A DNA stretch of 58,706 nucleotides, filler included, from Dugesia japonica (Eukaryota): the NCBI GenBank assembly GCA_001938525.1. It is 5 parts of 5 records of this genome, joined end to end, with 100 filler letters (N's around TTAATTAATTAA, not from the genome) between each part and the next. Parts side by side here need not be neighbours in the genome. Positions count along the whole stretch, not along the records: positions 21,247 to 30,241 come from MQRL01457838.1; positions 30,342 to 47,931 come from MQRL01629462.1; 3 more parts are not named here. One strand, written 5' to 3'. Positions within the stretch are counted from its first letter, which is position 1. Each line of letters starts with the position of its first letter. Made by a program: the position numbers and the translations under genes. The notes beneath the pieces were generated by a model that had not been told where the DNA came from, ran no database searches, and was given only the letters and a program-made list of their open reading frames with translations. This document shows, in pieces, positions 24,618 to 39,644 of the stretch.

Positions 24618-25984
24618 TGTGTTTGACGCATTAATTTTACTTTCATTAATCGATTTAGGATTATTATCATTTAGATAGAAATAAAATTTTAATTCCTTAT
24701 TCATAATTAGTNTTAATATTTTTATTATTATTATTAGGGATATAATTAATTAACTAATTAATTTAAATAATATGTATTTATATTTGTGTCACATAATTCG
24801 CATCATAAACTCTTAGAAAGATAATTAATATTTCATCTTGTGTAATAATAAGAAATGGAAATTATTATATCATAATTTAATCTATGATAAAGGAAATCAT
24901 AGGTTGAGATTTGATATATATTTCGATGAATCAGAAGTGATTCATAATATATTTTGATATCTAATAAATATTTATAATAGATTGGTGTTGTATCTTAACC
25001 TAACAATTATTATTCCTACTATCACTATTGCTAATAATAATAACAATAATAAAGTTGAGGTAGAATACTTACGTTAAACCCTACTAAGAAGTTCAGGATG
25101 AATCCAAATAATTTAAAAATAAGATCCATAGTACTAAACCACAGAAAAAATAACAATACCATAAATTCTGAGATATAAGTCGTGGATTATATGTTGAAAT
25201 AGTTTTAAAAATGGTATGCAGCTTATACTCTGATTTTATATTACGTTGTGTGAGCCACGGCTTATACGTTGAATAAATAAAAATAAATACGGCTTATACG
25301 CTGGTGTGACTAATACCCCGAAAAATATGTTAATTTGAAATAATTCATTAGTTAAATTCAACATAAATGTGAGGAAATAATTATTATTTAATAATTTCAT
25401 CTAATAGAAATCAAGTTAACTGAACATTAATGTTGAAATTATTGTAATAATTTATATTTATTTTATCAAACATGTGTTGTAGTAGTAAAATAAATGTCTA
25501 AAAATATTAGTTGTGATTTGGAAAATAAATTACCAATTGACAATAAAGAAAGTCGTTAAATAATGAAAACATAATTTTCCTAAAAAATAGATAATTAGTA
25601 GTCCATCAAAATAGTTATCTCACCGAAAACAACAGGGGAACAATCAAAATCCGCTTATCAATAATTTTCAAGATAGCAACTGCAATTATTACTTCAATAA
25701 GACATGTAGAATGGCCTTTTAAAATAATAATCACCGATTGTTTATTGGTAAAATGAAGTGATTACCAAAAGCAGATCGAACATCGCAAGTGGGAAGATAC
25801 TCAAATAATAATTATAACCATTATCCCAGAAGGACAAAAATTTCTAGTGAACAAGTGACGACGCAGTATGTAATAATCAATTTAAAACCGAGTAATTAAA
25901 ATAATCAGTAGCCAAATAAATAATTGGAAAATCGAGCCTGTAGTCGAGAATCAAACAGGTAGAGGAAGAAAATACGTAGTAGGG

Positions 25985-26120
25985 CCATTAACCAATAGCA
26001 AACAACAGCCAATGAGTATATGACAAATTAAATTACGGAGAATCAACCAATGAGAAGAAGTCTAAAAGCAGGGAAGAAAAAACGCAGCAGCTATATAAGC
26101 AGTTGTAATTCAGTTGAAAA
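25985..26120 (+). promoter_or_regulatory. Clustered CCAAT boxes plus TATA box and Inr-like motif (probably the promoter of a mobile element)
   Basis: CCAAT at 25992, 26009 and 26047; TATATAA at 26092; TCAGTT at 26110. Confidence 0.45.
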
Positions 26121-26599
26121 TGAGACTTAATTCTCTAAAATTTCACGACAACTTTTATACCTATCGATTAAGAAGTATTTTACAACCAGAAGTGAATCAA
26201 TTCAATTCAATTCTACTCAGTTAAGCAACCAAGTACGGGCTCATCATTTATATATTATGTAACGATGGTGGATTATGCCCCACCGGCGCGGTAAATTTAT
26301 TATGTGCTGTTTATTATTATCTATGTTTTACTAATAATATAATTTTATAATTGTCATTTATTTAATTCCATAATTTACAATTGTAATTGTTGCGAAAATA
26401 ATTGTTGGACATAACCATTGATCGTTTTAAATGAATTCTTTAATTTAGGTTATTTAAATTTCTTTTTGCTGTTTTTGTGGTTGGGTTAATTGTAATTGAT
26501 AATTAGAGTCATTGTTAAATTATTTATCAGGCGTTATTCTCATTCAAGTCATAGCGTATAAGAAGGATTAGTATAGGGTTCTATGTTGTTGGTTTTATT

Positions 26600-27400
26600 A
26601 TCCTTAAAGTAGTAATTATCTATTTTTAGTTGTTAAACTGCTGATGTCATATGGTATAAGCTGTTCGTTCAGTGCGACAATTAGTGAAAATAGCAGCAGT
26701 TTATTCGTAAATTACACTAAGTTTTCTATTGGCAGGATAATCATACTATCATAATGAATGTAAATGCTATTATATATACCTATTATTATCATTATAATAT
26801 CATAGTAATGCCGTAACCTCTTTTGAGTCACTCAAAATATGAAAGATACAAAAACTATTAGTCATCCAAAAATATTCAAAATTATTTTTTAAAGAAAATG
26901 TTGTGGTGAGTTCAAATAATAGAAATACAATTACTTAATATACAACTTGAAGAATAGTAGTAATTACCTCAACAACTGACTCCCATAAATATTATTAATA
27001 CCACTTTGAAATATCCCTAGAATATTATTGGCAACTTAAGATTATACCCTGTTGAATTTTTTGTTGGGTTTGTATATCTATTGTGATGTTTATTTTCTAC
27101 CTATCTCGAAGAAACCTCTTCGGATAGGTAATGGATACGCAAATAGATTTTAATCCCAAGATATTTAGATTACTTAGAATAAACAACATTTACTTGATTA
27201 GAAAATGTATAATTAGTAAATCCAAATAACACAATTTAATAATTCCAGTACAACAAATTAACAGCTGTTATAAAAAAGTATTGATTCCTCTTTAGAAATC
27301 TCAATAAAATAAAAATAGAATAGTGTGATTTCCCATTTCCACAATCAAATGTATATGATCAAAATACCATAATATAAAATATAAGATTCTTTTACAAAAC
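26600..27400 (-). mobile_element. Decayed LINE-like RT C-terminal remnant
   Basis: KYLGIKI motif at about 27145-27165; otherwise stop-ridden. Confidence 0.35.
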
Positions 27401-27558
27401 AAAATTTTATGTGCTATAATTAAATTTATCTTCTCTCGCACAAAATATATAATGAATATAGAAAAAAAATTTTAAAAGTAAATTTAAAAAATCAAATATT
27501 AATGCATCCGGTATAATTTTCCCAACCCAAAATCCCGGCATTCTGGGACTAATACAAA

Positions 27559-29890
27559 CAGTGGCGGATTTCCGCACAGGCGCAGGAGACTAGCGCCTTG
27601 GGACACGCAAGTCATGGGGCCCCTAAACTACAGTAAAAAATTCATTAATTTGGAAATTATATAGGACTTAATAAATATTACCACAATTAGAATTTGAACA
27701 TGTCTTAAGGATTTTTGAGGGCCCAAGAATTAATTAATTAATTATCTTGCAGTGTCAAGTACGCTATTAAATTGGTTTGGTTATAATTATATAGATTTGA
27801 TCCCCAAAAAGTGCAAAATTAAATCAATTATTACATTATTAATTTTATATTAAAATAAACGTTCGTTTTTCGATGGAATTATTTTTATTTGAATATTTCT
27901 TCACTCGGGAGGATTGTNTTGTTTCTGAAAATAAGATCTAATAATTTTTGTAATGAGAGACAAAAGTTTAATTTTGTTTTTATATATAATTTTCATAAGT
28001 ATCAATATATAAAAATAAGAATATAAGTGAAACGTGTCTCTCCAGGTATTATCTTTATTTATTTAAGAAATCAATAAAAATAATTTACAAACCGTTTTGA
28101 CTGTGTTTCAGAATGTGTCGTTAAAATTTAGATATTAAATATTTAATGCAAAATATTTTATTTGTCATTTTTCATTTGAGTTGAGTTTCTTGAACGTACA
28201 ACATCGGTGAAAATAATTATATGTGCTTATAAAATACAACATACATACATAATTTATTATAAATTAATTCAAGGTAAGTACTACTGCTATNNNNNNNNNN
28301 NNNNNNNNNNNAAAAAAATTATCAAAAGAAAAGCACAAGAATTAATATTACGCAATCAAAAAATGCAATTAAAGCATTTCTAACAACAGACAGTAAAACA
28401 AATATTGATTTGGCAACAAAAGAAAATGAAGAGCCTGGAAAGAAAGTCCTTACCAGGATGGAATAGAAACAGGAGAAAATGTAAACAAGAAAGAAAAAGG
28501 ACCAAACCATAGTTAGAAAATAGAGAGCGGAAATGATTTCCCCAAAGATATTGCTCTATAGCCATTAATAATATTAGAAAAAAGGATCAGCTATTATTAT
28601 TAATAATTATTATTTCCTATTAATATTTACTTAACAAATAGTGTAATATCGGGGATATAACGAATTTAAAAATTGAATATCATCAAAATGATAGAAGCTA
28701 TTTGAGAAATATTTGACAAATAATAAGTTTTATTGTCCTAAAGCAAGCGGCAGGAAAGAATTTTGCGTGTGGGTAATTTTTCGCAAACAAGTAAATGTGT
28801 TTACTGTTATGTTTGTAAACTTTGTATTCGTTCTAATAATAAATTAATAACTGGCTATAATGACTGGGAAAATATTTAATCGTACATTAAAAGAACATGA
28901 ATGTTCTAAAGACCATTTTCTTCAATGTAAACGTTTCCAAAAAGATTATCAATAACTGGACGCATTGATTCCTTATTAGTTCAACAAATTGAAACCGAAC
29001 AAAAATATTAGTGAGAAGTTTTAAATAGAATTGTGGCAACAATGAAATTATTAGCTAGTTTGGGTATGGCATTTCGAGGACGCATAGAAGGTGTTGACTC
29101 ACATAGAACAGGAAATTTTATAGCATGTATAGAATATTTGGCTCAGTTTGACGATTTTCTTAAAAACCACTTAGAGAGATATTGCAATATTAGAAGTGGC
29201 AGAGTTAACTATTTATCTCACACGACATGTTGTGAATTTATTAATTTAATGGGAACTTATGTAAAAGAAAAATTAATTTCCGAGATTCAGAAAGCTTTAT
29301 ACTATTCGATAGTTGTTGATTCTACGACAGAGGTAAGCAATATCGATCAATTAACATTTATATTAAGATACGTTAGCAAAGAAGAATATGCAAAGGAACG
29401 ATTTTTGGCTTTTTGGAAATTAAAAGTCACGAATCCAAATATTTGGAAGAAATTACCAAAATGTTAAATAACTTGTCTTTAGATCTAAACAATTGCCGTG
29501 AGCAAAGTTACGACAATGCAGCTAAGATGGCTGGCAAGTATGATGGTTTATAAGCTAGAATAAAGAATTTAAATCAATCTGCCACGTTTTTTCCATATTC
29601 AAATCACTCTCTAAATTTAATTGGAAATTGTGCTGCGGAGGCTTGTTCGGCAGCTGCTTATTATTTCGATTTAATTCAAAACATTTATGTATTTTTGTCT
29701 TCGTCTACGTATATATTTACCTTTAGATAGTTTAGCGATAATAATTCAAAACTTATAAGAAGACTTAATGACACTAGATTGTCAGCAAGAGCTTATGCAA
29801 TTTATGCTTTACGCTTTATTTTTAAAGATATTAAAACAGTTCTTTATAGTATTAGCGAAAATATTAACGAAAAACCGATCACTAAGTAGG
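27559..29890 (+). mobile_element. hAT transposon (ZMYM/DUF4371-type transposase), decayed and 3'-truncated
   Basis: CAGTGGCGGATTT left TIR; LAFRG-like MAFRG, GNF, YSIVVDSTTEVSNIDQLTFILRYV..ERFL, QSYDNAA, HSLNL motifs. Confidence 0.9.
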
Positions 29891-29896
29891 TAGATA

Positions 29897-30240
29897 GTAG
29901 CATACCCGATCACCCCGGGAAAAGGGGGGGTAGATGATCTATGAAATTTCAGCGCGGTTTGAGTAATCTATAATTTTTTTTGCTCGGATTTTGGGTGATT
30001 ATTTTTTTGTGATTTTTTTGTGATTTTTTGGGGATTTTTTGTGATTTTTGGTGATTTTTTGGTAATTTCTTTTGGGGATCCATGAAATTTTTCGAGTAAA
30101 TCGGGTGAATTTTGAGTGATCTATGATTTTTGTTTAGTAGATCACTCGACTTTAGAGTGATTTAGAATTTTTTTAGTAGATCACTCAGATTTTGAGTGAT
30201 TTATGAATTTAGAGTGATCTATGCATTTTTTACTGGTTGT
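29897..30240. repeat. Transposon-end-like sequence with subterminal (TTTTGTGA / GAGTGAT) tandem repeats
   Basis: TAGCATACCCGATCACCCCGG followed by repeated GTGATTTTTT and GAGTGAT(C/T)TA units up to the gap. Confidence 0.5.
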
Positions 30241-32689
30241 CNNNNNNNNNNNNNNNNNNNNNNNNNNNNNNNNNNNNNNNNNNNNTTAATTAATTAANNN
30301 NNNNNNNNNNNNNNNNNNNNNNNNNNNNNNNNNNNNNNNNNAAATTTGGATAAAACTTACGATTTATAAAGTTAAAATCAAAATATATTAATTTACTAGA
30401 AATAGTTTGACGTAGAGATCGCTACCGGACGCAAAAATGAATACTGGTATTTCAGTATTGAACTTTATTAATACCAGGATACCAGAATTAATATGGGTAT
30501 TTAAAAAAAGTAACAACATAAAAAGNATAAGTTCGACTTTTAAAAACAACANCAATATTTAATTCATAAAATCAAATACCTTAGAAAAATGAAATAAACC
30601 TAGGAGGTATCAACACATACCTTTTTTAAATATTTTCCCTTGATGTTCTTAACTCCGAAATATGATAATTCTTGTATGATAGCTTTATTTAGGTCTTTCG
30701 ATTGTTTTCGTTTTACAATTGAAACTTCGTTTTCTCTTACGTTTTTGTAAAATTGTCATTTCTAGCTTCTCTTTCATTGAAATTGGAAGTATATCTTCTT
30801 ACTCTAAATCTGAAGAAGATAATATTTCACTATCGTCATTTTCATTGATTGAAATTGTTGTTATTTCAGGGTATTTTGTATTAAGCCGTTCTAATAAGTT
30901 AACAATATATTTTATGATTACAGTTTCAGTTATTTTATAATGATTATTTCATAATTTTCTTGGTGTTCTACTGTTGTACTGTAATTAGGTAAGTATTTCA
31001 TAACACTAGTCAACTCAGTCTGCATTTCAGGTATATAAATTACCGTTATGTAACGTAAAATCGCTGTATAGTATATACCATATAATGAATGAATTCTCAT
31101 TAAAAAATATGATTGTTTCAAATTATTTTTGAATAGGTTAGATATTTAATTACAAAAACCAAAACAGAATTTTCGTGGTCTCAAATGCATTTATGATGGT
31201 AGAAATATATGCAATAAGAAAAATGTCACTTTTAAAATAACATGGACTATTTGTAAAGAAACATATANNNNNNNNNNNNNNNNNNNNNNNNNNNNNNNNN
31301 NNNNNNNNNNNNNNNNNNNNNNNNNNNNNNNNNNNNNNNNNNNNNNNNNNNNNNNNNNNNNNNNNNCAGAACAACACCATAACATCGAAAACACTAGGAA
31401 CAGACTACATTTCTCACTACATAGAAAAAAACATGAAGAATTACTAATTAAAGAAAATAATCCTAGAATCAATGTAATTTATAATAATTAAATAATTAAA
31501 TTTAATATTAACCAATTAAAATTTAGTAAAAATAAAATAAATTAAAAAAAATTAGTATTGTAAAAAAATATATTAAATGAATAAAAAAGTCAATTCAAAA
31601 AAACAAATTTTGATAGAAACTTTTATTTTAAATGAAGGTTAGATATTATTGTAATTATTAACCCATTACATTAATGATGAAATTTACAGGTATATGAACT
31701 CTAATTATATCGCATAGTAATAACTTTTATGTTTTAATTAAAGATATTTCAAAAAAATTTGATTTGATACTACTTTTATCCAAAAATTTTATATATTTAA
31801 AATAAATTAAAAAATAAAAGTATTTATAATATGACTTTTTTTTGATGAATTTTTTTCGAATCATCTAACTCCTTTTAAAAGTTTTAGGACACGTACTTTT
31901 ACACTGAAAATAAACTACCATAAGAATACTTTATGACTACATATATTTTTGCCCAATGTATTCTACTATTGGGTCGTTCATTAATTATATTAACAAAACC
32001 TGGGGGAGAGGTTTTGAAGACGTTTGAGATTTATTGACAAAGTGGGCGGAGGATGTTCAAGATAAACTGACATCAACAATTTTTTTAGCGATAAATTTAA
32101 AAAATTTTAAAAATTTATTAAAATATTGTTATTTTGTATGGAAGTGGTAAGCATTTGTTGGCATAATCATATTAGTGGGAACACTGAAGGTTTGACAGTT
32201 GTTGGCAAGGAGGAAATTGAAAGGCAGTTAAATATTGCCTGAAAATTGTTGACATAATTAATGAACAGCCACTATGTACTTTATTATATTACTTTTTTCT
32301 ACATTTTTGCGCGACATACGAGTAACTCAGTTAATAAGACCCATTATTAACGTTCATAATCTAAAACAAAATGCATATGACAAAAAATCAATCGCAACCC
32401 AGTTTTAAGATAAAAAATAGATCTTAACTATAATAAAAATTGGCTATCCCTGATCTAGAATATATATGCATATATTTATATAACTCTATATATAAATTAG
32501 TCTATTAATAAGAGATTAGTTCATATTTTCGTGCGTATTGTATTACATGTTTGATTCTTCACTTATTATAATATAAAACACAATAAACTGTACTTGTTTT
32601 AATAAATTCAATCATATTTGTAATCTAAAATCACATTGTAAGATTATTACTAAAATTTATAAACATTATACGCAAATAAAGATTTTTTA

Positions 32690-33398
32690 GGATGGAAATC
32701 TACATTGACTACAAACGTCATGTTCTCTATTTTTGATTTTTGGATTACAAAAAGGCAACTTCTGCTGCAAAATTAATTCATACCATTCATGCCAGAAATG
32801 TTGTCAGTAATTGTTCAAAAAGTTTAAAGACAGACAAAATAATATCGCTGATGAACCAGGTTCAGAACACCCTGTTTAGTTTGACAATGACGCTCTCGAT
32901 TCTCTTATAGATTTTGAGCGGAACTTAAGGCAGATGTGATTATTGACAGACTTAATTAATCTTATGACATCATATCACACTACATAAAAGAAATAGGCAA
33001 AGTTTCCAAGTTTCAAAGACGGATGCAACACAAGTTATAGGATTATGCTCGATCGCGCTAAGAAGAGACAACTTTACAGAAAATTACTGAATATAATTGG
33101 AAAATTCTTCTGCATCCACTTTATTCTCCAGACAAAGTCTCAAGTGATTTTCGTTTATGACACTTAAAAATTTCTTGTCAGGAAAAAAACATTCATAAAA
33201 AAGACGAAGTCAAAACAAAGGGTTTCGAGTTTTTTGATTCAAAGTCTGTGTCTTTTCACACTGATGTTATTAAAGACTTCCTTTAAGATGATAAAAGATT
33301 GTAGAAAACGATGGAAATTATATCATTATAATGTTTGACATTTAAATTTTTTTATATAAATTCATCAATACTGGCGAATTTATGGACTGATCTAATAA
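32690..33398 (+). mobile_element. mariner transposon remnant (internally deleted)
   Basis: HTH-like N-terminus, LLHPLYSPDKVSSDFRL (YSPDLAPSD-like), terminus TTATGGACTGATCTAA-TA. Confidence 0.7.
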
Positions 33399-34026
33399 AT
33401 TTATCAAACAAGACATTTTACATCAAGAGATAAGACAGATCTTTGTTATTCACTTAGTTACTTAAGATTAAATAGTAACCAAATTATTAAAAAATAGTTT
33501 TATTAGGTAATTATTTTTTCAATATTTCAAACTTGTAAATTTGGTGCCATTGTCTAATGTACATATCGGCAATCTAGAATTCACCGAATAATTTGATTGC
33601 ACATCATATTCGCACTGAATTAATTTAGGATGACATCTCGTAGAAAAGCTTTTAGTTTATTACTGGTAAAAAAGACTGGCACATTAACATTACAACCACA
33701 ATGATAACATAAAAGTAGACTGACAGATATACTCAAGATCAGTTTCAGTGCGTACTATGACGTTTATTTATTAAAAAATTGTTTTATGCTAGTATATAAC
33801 TAAATAATCTAAATCCAAAAGTTGACCATCAATATATTAAAGTATGACCCACGATAAAAATCTGGTCAACTCCTGATCAGATACGTTTTCAAAAATAATA
33901 ATAATATCTATTTTCTAGATAAGTAATGAAACATGATTTTACATGATTTTTTAAATAAATATTTATTTATAATTTTTTTTAAAAAAAAACGTTTATAAAT
34001 ATCAATTTGTTCGTTTCAGTTGCGAA

Positions 34027-37000
34027 ATGTCAACACAGAAATCTCCATCATCAATTAATGGACATCAAGTATTGTCTCCAACTGTAGACAATCCAAAATC
34101 TCCTACTCCATGTCATGGAACAGGTATTCTACCAATAAATACTACCATTGGTAAACAAATCAGCAAATTAAAAAGATTCCTATCAACTCTTTTATCATTT
34201 GGAAGTGACATTGATATTACCACTGGTGAAATTGTGAAAAATCTTGTTTTTTCATTGCTTGTAAGTTATTTTTATAACTGATTCAATAACACGAGATCGA
34301 AATCGTTAACATGCTTTAATTCGACATTACTTTCACTATGGTAGATTTCAAAGAATCTATAGTGTTGTGAGAATGCTTATTAACTTCTTTCTCAACAGCT
34401 CTTTCTATGTAGTAATCCATTGGATTAAGATCGGGGGAGTTGCTTTTCAAAATTAAATATTTTTAATTTTAGTTAATTATTCTTGATAAACATAAACATC
34501 AAACGATCAATGTTACAATACCGATTGCACAAAAAGGATTTTCAGTGTGTGATTTTCCATTTTCTAATAAAATTAGCTAATTGTTACTCATTTTCATAAA
34601 ATTTAATGCAATTTCTACAGATAAAACAGTTAAAGATAGTTTTTTTAAATATTAAAATATTTATTTTAAGATAATTTCATAAGGACGATTAATCATTTAT
34701 TATAAACAGTGGCGTAGCAAGAGTATATGCTGTCAGGGGCAGAACCTAAAATTTGACGTCCCTCTCACAACATCAGGAAGAATTATCTAATTTGGTGCAT
34801 TTTTTTATTGCTTGGAAAAAATTGAGAGGAGTATTTTTAAATAATTATGAAAACGGTATCGGAATAAAATTATTTGGGTAATTTATCCCGCTTTTTTGAT
34901 TAATAGAAACAAAAGTTCTGCGCCAAAAGTTGCGGTCCGCTTTCCCTACCTTTCCTACGATACTGATTATAAACACTTATGATTTCATATTTTATTACAA
35001 TATTTTTGACCAATTTTAATTATTTTATTTTATTTAAAAATATATTTAGTGTAATAAAATATCAATTGATCAATTTCAATCAAAGTTACAACATGCTACT
35101 CATTTTCCTTTAAAAGCATTTGTAACACCATTTCTTAAAGCAACATTACCATTACTTCAACAAGAAATAATTCTTTGTTCTCAATTGGTTCATCAAACTC
35201 CAGAAAACTTTTTGTTGCACAACAAAGAATATTTAGCACCTGCTGATTCAAATAAATCGGAAAACATTTTAGAAAATGCAAAAAATTTTTGTCTTGAAAT
35301 GATGATAAACAAAGAAATAAAAGATTCAGAACTACCCAAATCTCCAGATAACGATCATGCTATCAATACTACCGCAAAATCATTTTTCAATAATAAAAAT
35401 TCATTGAAAAGAACTCTTTCGATAAAATTAGAGTAAATTTTTCATTTTTACAATTAATATTATTACAGTCGAACCTCTTTAATGTCACCATTTGTATAAT
35501 ACCGCCCTTCTTATAAACAAAAAAATATATAATTACAAACTTTTACAATTATAATTCATCTCTGTGATGTCTCATTCTTAGCAGTCACATTTTCTATATA
35601 TAATATATGAATATTTGGTTAATATAACTCTAGATAGTCGCATTAGCTTGTGATATAAGACTAAAATTTAAAGAAAATTTGAGAATAAGTTGAAATGTGA
35701 TAAATATATCTCTCTGTTAAAATATGATTTCTTTTAATTTCCAAAACATTAGGTGTAACAAATTTAATGAGTTGTGGATCAATATATATATATAAATTAA
35801 AACCATGAAAAGTAGTTTGTTTGGTGAAATCATTTTCACTCCTAAGATGAATCATTTTCTCTCATGAATTAGCTGCGGTGTTAGTTTTTTCTGCAACTTT
35901 TTAAACTCTTTTTCTTGTCAATCCCAATTTTTTGATCGTTCTACATGCTGTAGATCTGCTGAACATCTTTCTTTGTTACACTTGTTCGAATCTTCCTTGT
36001 TCTTATTTTTGCATTAGGCACGTTTTCACATCATAAAGAGATTTAAAATAAATTAATCTTTATAAATTAATATTATAGTTACTGTTAGATGAGTTTGTAG
36101 TATTCATCAGATCATTAATGTCAAAACACATTTCCATAAAAGATTTATTCACAAAACAAAAACTATGCATAAGAATTTACTTTTTTCAAACAAATATAAA
36201 AATATCAAATATCAGTATTTTGTAAAATATTTAATTTAAAATTTTATATATTTTCTTTTATTTTATTTTAATTAAATTTTTATTGAGGTCAAATTTAAAA
36301 ATACAGTAAAAAAACACATTTCCTTGACAATATTTTATACTCTATTTTATTCAAAATTTTAATAATGTGAAATATTAAAAATACATTTAAAAATATATAT
36401 TTTATTGACAAACAGAAATTTAAACATTTTAAGAAATTATAACAAAATTACAAAAATTTAAATACACATTTATTTATTTTATAAATAATGAAAATGATAA
36501 TTTATTTATTTTATAAATTATTTTGATGATACAAATTTAAATATTTAACAAATCTGATTTCAATAAATTCCACTTTAAAATACAAATAATTCAAATCTAC
36601 TTTTAAAAACTATCTTAAAGTTACAATTATCCATTTGATTTTTAAAAAATCTTTAAATGTATAGTAAAATCTTTTTTTAGCTACACTTGGTATATATTCT
36701 TAATTTATATGTTTTAACATTTCATATATAAATATTATTGAAATTTGTATATATATTTTTGAAATTTTTATTTAGATTAATGCGCAACTATATATAAATC
36801 GTAAGAATAAACCAAAATAAATATAATTTAATTTTATTTCAACAAAATGTCTCCGGTTCCACAAACGTGTAAAAAGCTATAATTTTATGACACATTGGAA
36901 ATTATTAAAAACTGCACTAATGAGAAGAAATCTCAACCATCTGTTTATTAAACGTTTTGAAATTGAAAGAAAGATCCTGAAAAACAATGCTATTTACTGG

Positions 37001-38095
37001 TTGGTAAAAGCTTGGCATCTTACTCAGGAATTGTGTATTTCCAATTGTTTTCAATTTTGATCCTGTTATTACAGACATTGAAGATGAATATGTACAAATT
37101 TTTGACAAACTTCAAGAAATGGGGTAGATTACAGATGAAATGACTTTTACATAATTCATTTCTTTGGAAGATGATACGACTAAACGAGCTTCATTTGCAG
37201 ATGATCAAATTGTTGAAGCAGTAAGATACAAAAATGTTTAAAAAAATGTAAAATAAGCTCAGATGACTTTCATCATGAACCGTTCGATGAGATTGATACG
37301 TTGATAGGAAAAGCAGTTGGTAAGAGTAACATGTAACCATTGATCACCAACTTTTTTCACATAATTTAGCAGTGATTATGACAGTAACATTTCCTATTTT
37401 TATTTTGAAAAGCAATTACCAAAATATTTCCATTTAATTTATAGCAATTTGTATGTAATCATAACAGTGACATAAAATAATAAGTTTTTATTAATAATAT
37501 GAGCATAAAATAGAAAGTTTACGTTTTCTGCTGTCAATCTTAAAAAAAGCTCAAAAAGAGATCGCAAGTTGTGATCCAAATAAATGTTACAAAATATTAT
37601 GCACTACATTAAACTACAGAATTTAATAGGAATGGAATCTTTTAAAAGATTTCTCTAACTGAAGTCACACTTTACTTACAGTCACATTATTTGTATAGCC
37701 CGGTTAATGTGATTATATGTAGGTTCGACTGTATAATTATTTTCAATTTTTGGATTTTTTCATGTAATTTTGTATATCTATAAATGACTTGGATTTATTA
37801 TATAGGTCTGATGTGATTGATTTAAAAACAAAAGAAATGGTAACCAGTCCAAAGAATTCAACATCCTTGCCTTCATGGAGACCATCTTTGGTTACAGTAT
37901 CAAATATATCAGATCGACTTGATCGCCTTGAATCTCTTCCACAAATCTCTTCAAATCAGTCTTCATCATCGACTACATCTTGGGTGAATTCACATCAAAA
38001 TATTTCCTTAATTGATTCTATATCAGTTTCCAAACAAAAATCTTTTACGGATAAACTACATCATCACTGGGACCAATTATTATCACATATAAGTA
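34027..38095 (+). CDS. nvy: nervy / CBFA2T (ETO/MTG8) family corepressor, exons 34027-34260, 35050-35432, 37806-38095; 3' exons not found
   Basis: Spliced TAFH/NHR1 domain KQISKLKRFLSTLLSFGSDI..VKNLVFSLL|CNKISIDQFQSKLQHATHFPLKAFVTPFLKATLPLLQQEI matches ETO ([39 protein letters not shown]); HHWDQLLSHI resembles NHR2; splice phases 0 and 2 are consistent. Confidence 0.88.
34707..34965. mobile_element. Non-autonomous hAT MITE in a nervy intron
   Basis: TIRs CAGTGGCGTAG..CTACGATACTG; perfect 8-bp TSD ATTATAAA (34699-34706 and 34966-34973). Confidence 0.85.
35466..37731. mobile_element. pogo/Tigger-like DNA transposon filling almost all of the second nervy intron
   Basis: TA-CAGTCGAACCT..AGGTTCGACTG-TA TIRs; NAIYWLVKAWHLTQELCISNCF pogo-like motif at about 36990-37050 (+). 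Confidence 0.8.
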
Positions 38096-38309
38096 GTAAG
38101 AATAATTTGTAAACCTATCGAAAAATACAAATAATTTAATATTTTAAAGTTCCAAATCAATTACAGATGTCAAATTTAAACTATTTTCATACTCAGAGCA
38201 GAAATTAAAAGTTAATTTTTAATTTTAAATCTCCAATTTTTAGTTAAGATTTACTTCTCAGAATTTTTATCTGTATTTTTCGTTTGATTCTTGATGTTAT
38301 TCAGTTCTT

Positions 38310-39644
38310 TTAAAGTCATATCACTGGCACTTTACTCACAAAACATGCTTTATATTTACCATGATAATCTTCTTGAAAATTTTCTATTATTTTAGCATCA
38401 TTTACTTTTAAATTATAGGGCTACGTTTCATTTTAATTCCAAAATTTTCATAAAAAAACTTCTTACACATATGTACGTGGGAAGCCATAGAATACGAGGA
38501 TGTTGGCTTGAGATTTAATGTATATTTCAAATTTCCCTGTTAGGGTAATTGACTCTGATTAATATCAAACTATGGAGCAAGCATAAAGGTGGAAAATGGA
38601 TATTTGGTCTTAAACTCATCAAGTGTTATTCCACAAATCATATTCTTGTTTCAATATCCTATATATTTAACTATTAATTGCATATATTATGTACTTTAAT
38701 CATCATTTCTAAAGTCTTGGATATAGATCTTTATGTATACTCCGTTTTTTGATAGAGTTATTGATTTAACATTGAAATTATCGAAAAGTGAGCTTTGCAT
38801 TAACAGTTTTCTTTATATCGTTCTCTATCTTGAAATTCAACTAAAATAAAGCTTGGTTATCTTCGATTTCCAAAGATTTGCCCCTTATAAAATGGTGAAC
38901 TGTCTTTATTAATTGCATATAAACAATTTCTTTGGTTCATATAAGATAAATAGGATTAATTAATAAGATTAATTGGTTAATCTAATTTGGTGAGTTGTTA
39001 GTACTGATAAATCTACTAAAACTCTTATAATCATTAATTTTGCATCCAATAATGTATATTTTGATTCATAAATTTTTATTCCATACACAGTCTGGAGTTC
39101 GCTCTTTTCAATCGAATGTAAGCATTGACATCTAGAATAAGATATTTCGGTTGGTCCATGAAGTCTAGTTGAAGAGGACCACATAGAGACGATGATTTTG
39201 ATGATTTAGTGGTTGTTTCTCTAAATTCATCATTTCCATAACTCATTGCATTAAGACATACATNTATTGTATCTCTATTATAATTCAAAATAGTTTCAAT
39301 TAGTGCTTTAGGTATATATTTTCATTTCCACCTTCAACTTTAATATTATGTAATTGAAGAATCACATCTTTAAATAGAGTATGCAACATGAAATTTGCAG
39401 GCACAACATCAGACCTTTATTCCAAATGCTTTCCATTTTTATCAACTACCTTTACATGAACATACAAGAGAGTATCATTCAAATCCAAATATTTAGTTTG
39501 CGATCTATTTATTTAAAATTCTACATCATTTGAACTTTCAGAAATATTATTCTTTGGAAACACATATTTAAATACTCTATTTTTAATAACACCTTTAGGT
39601 TATAGACTTCCGAAAATACAAAATTCATTTTTTCCGCAAGTCAT
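38310..39644 (-). pseudogene. Polinton/Maverick major capsid protein (double jelly-roll), decayed
   Basis: MTCGKNEFCIFG..DVEF..KYLDLNDTLLYVHVKVV..ANFMLHTLFKDVIL..GPLQLDFMDQPKYLILDVNAYIRLKR matches Maverick MCP consensus blocks. Confidence 0.8.

Noticed and set aside
29990-30240. Regularly spaced short repeats as a possible CRISPR-like array (also 21030-21145)
   Set aside because: Degenerate units without unique spacers, eukaryotic context, no cas genes; subterminal or minisatellite repeats.
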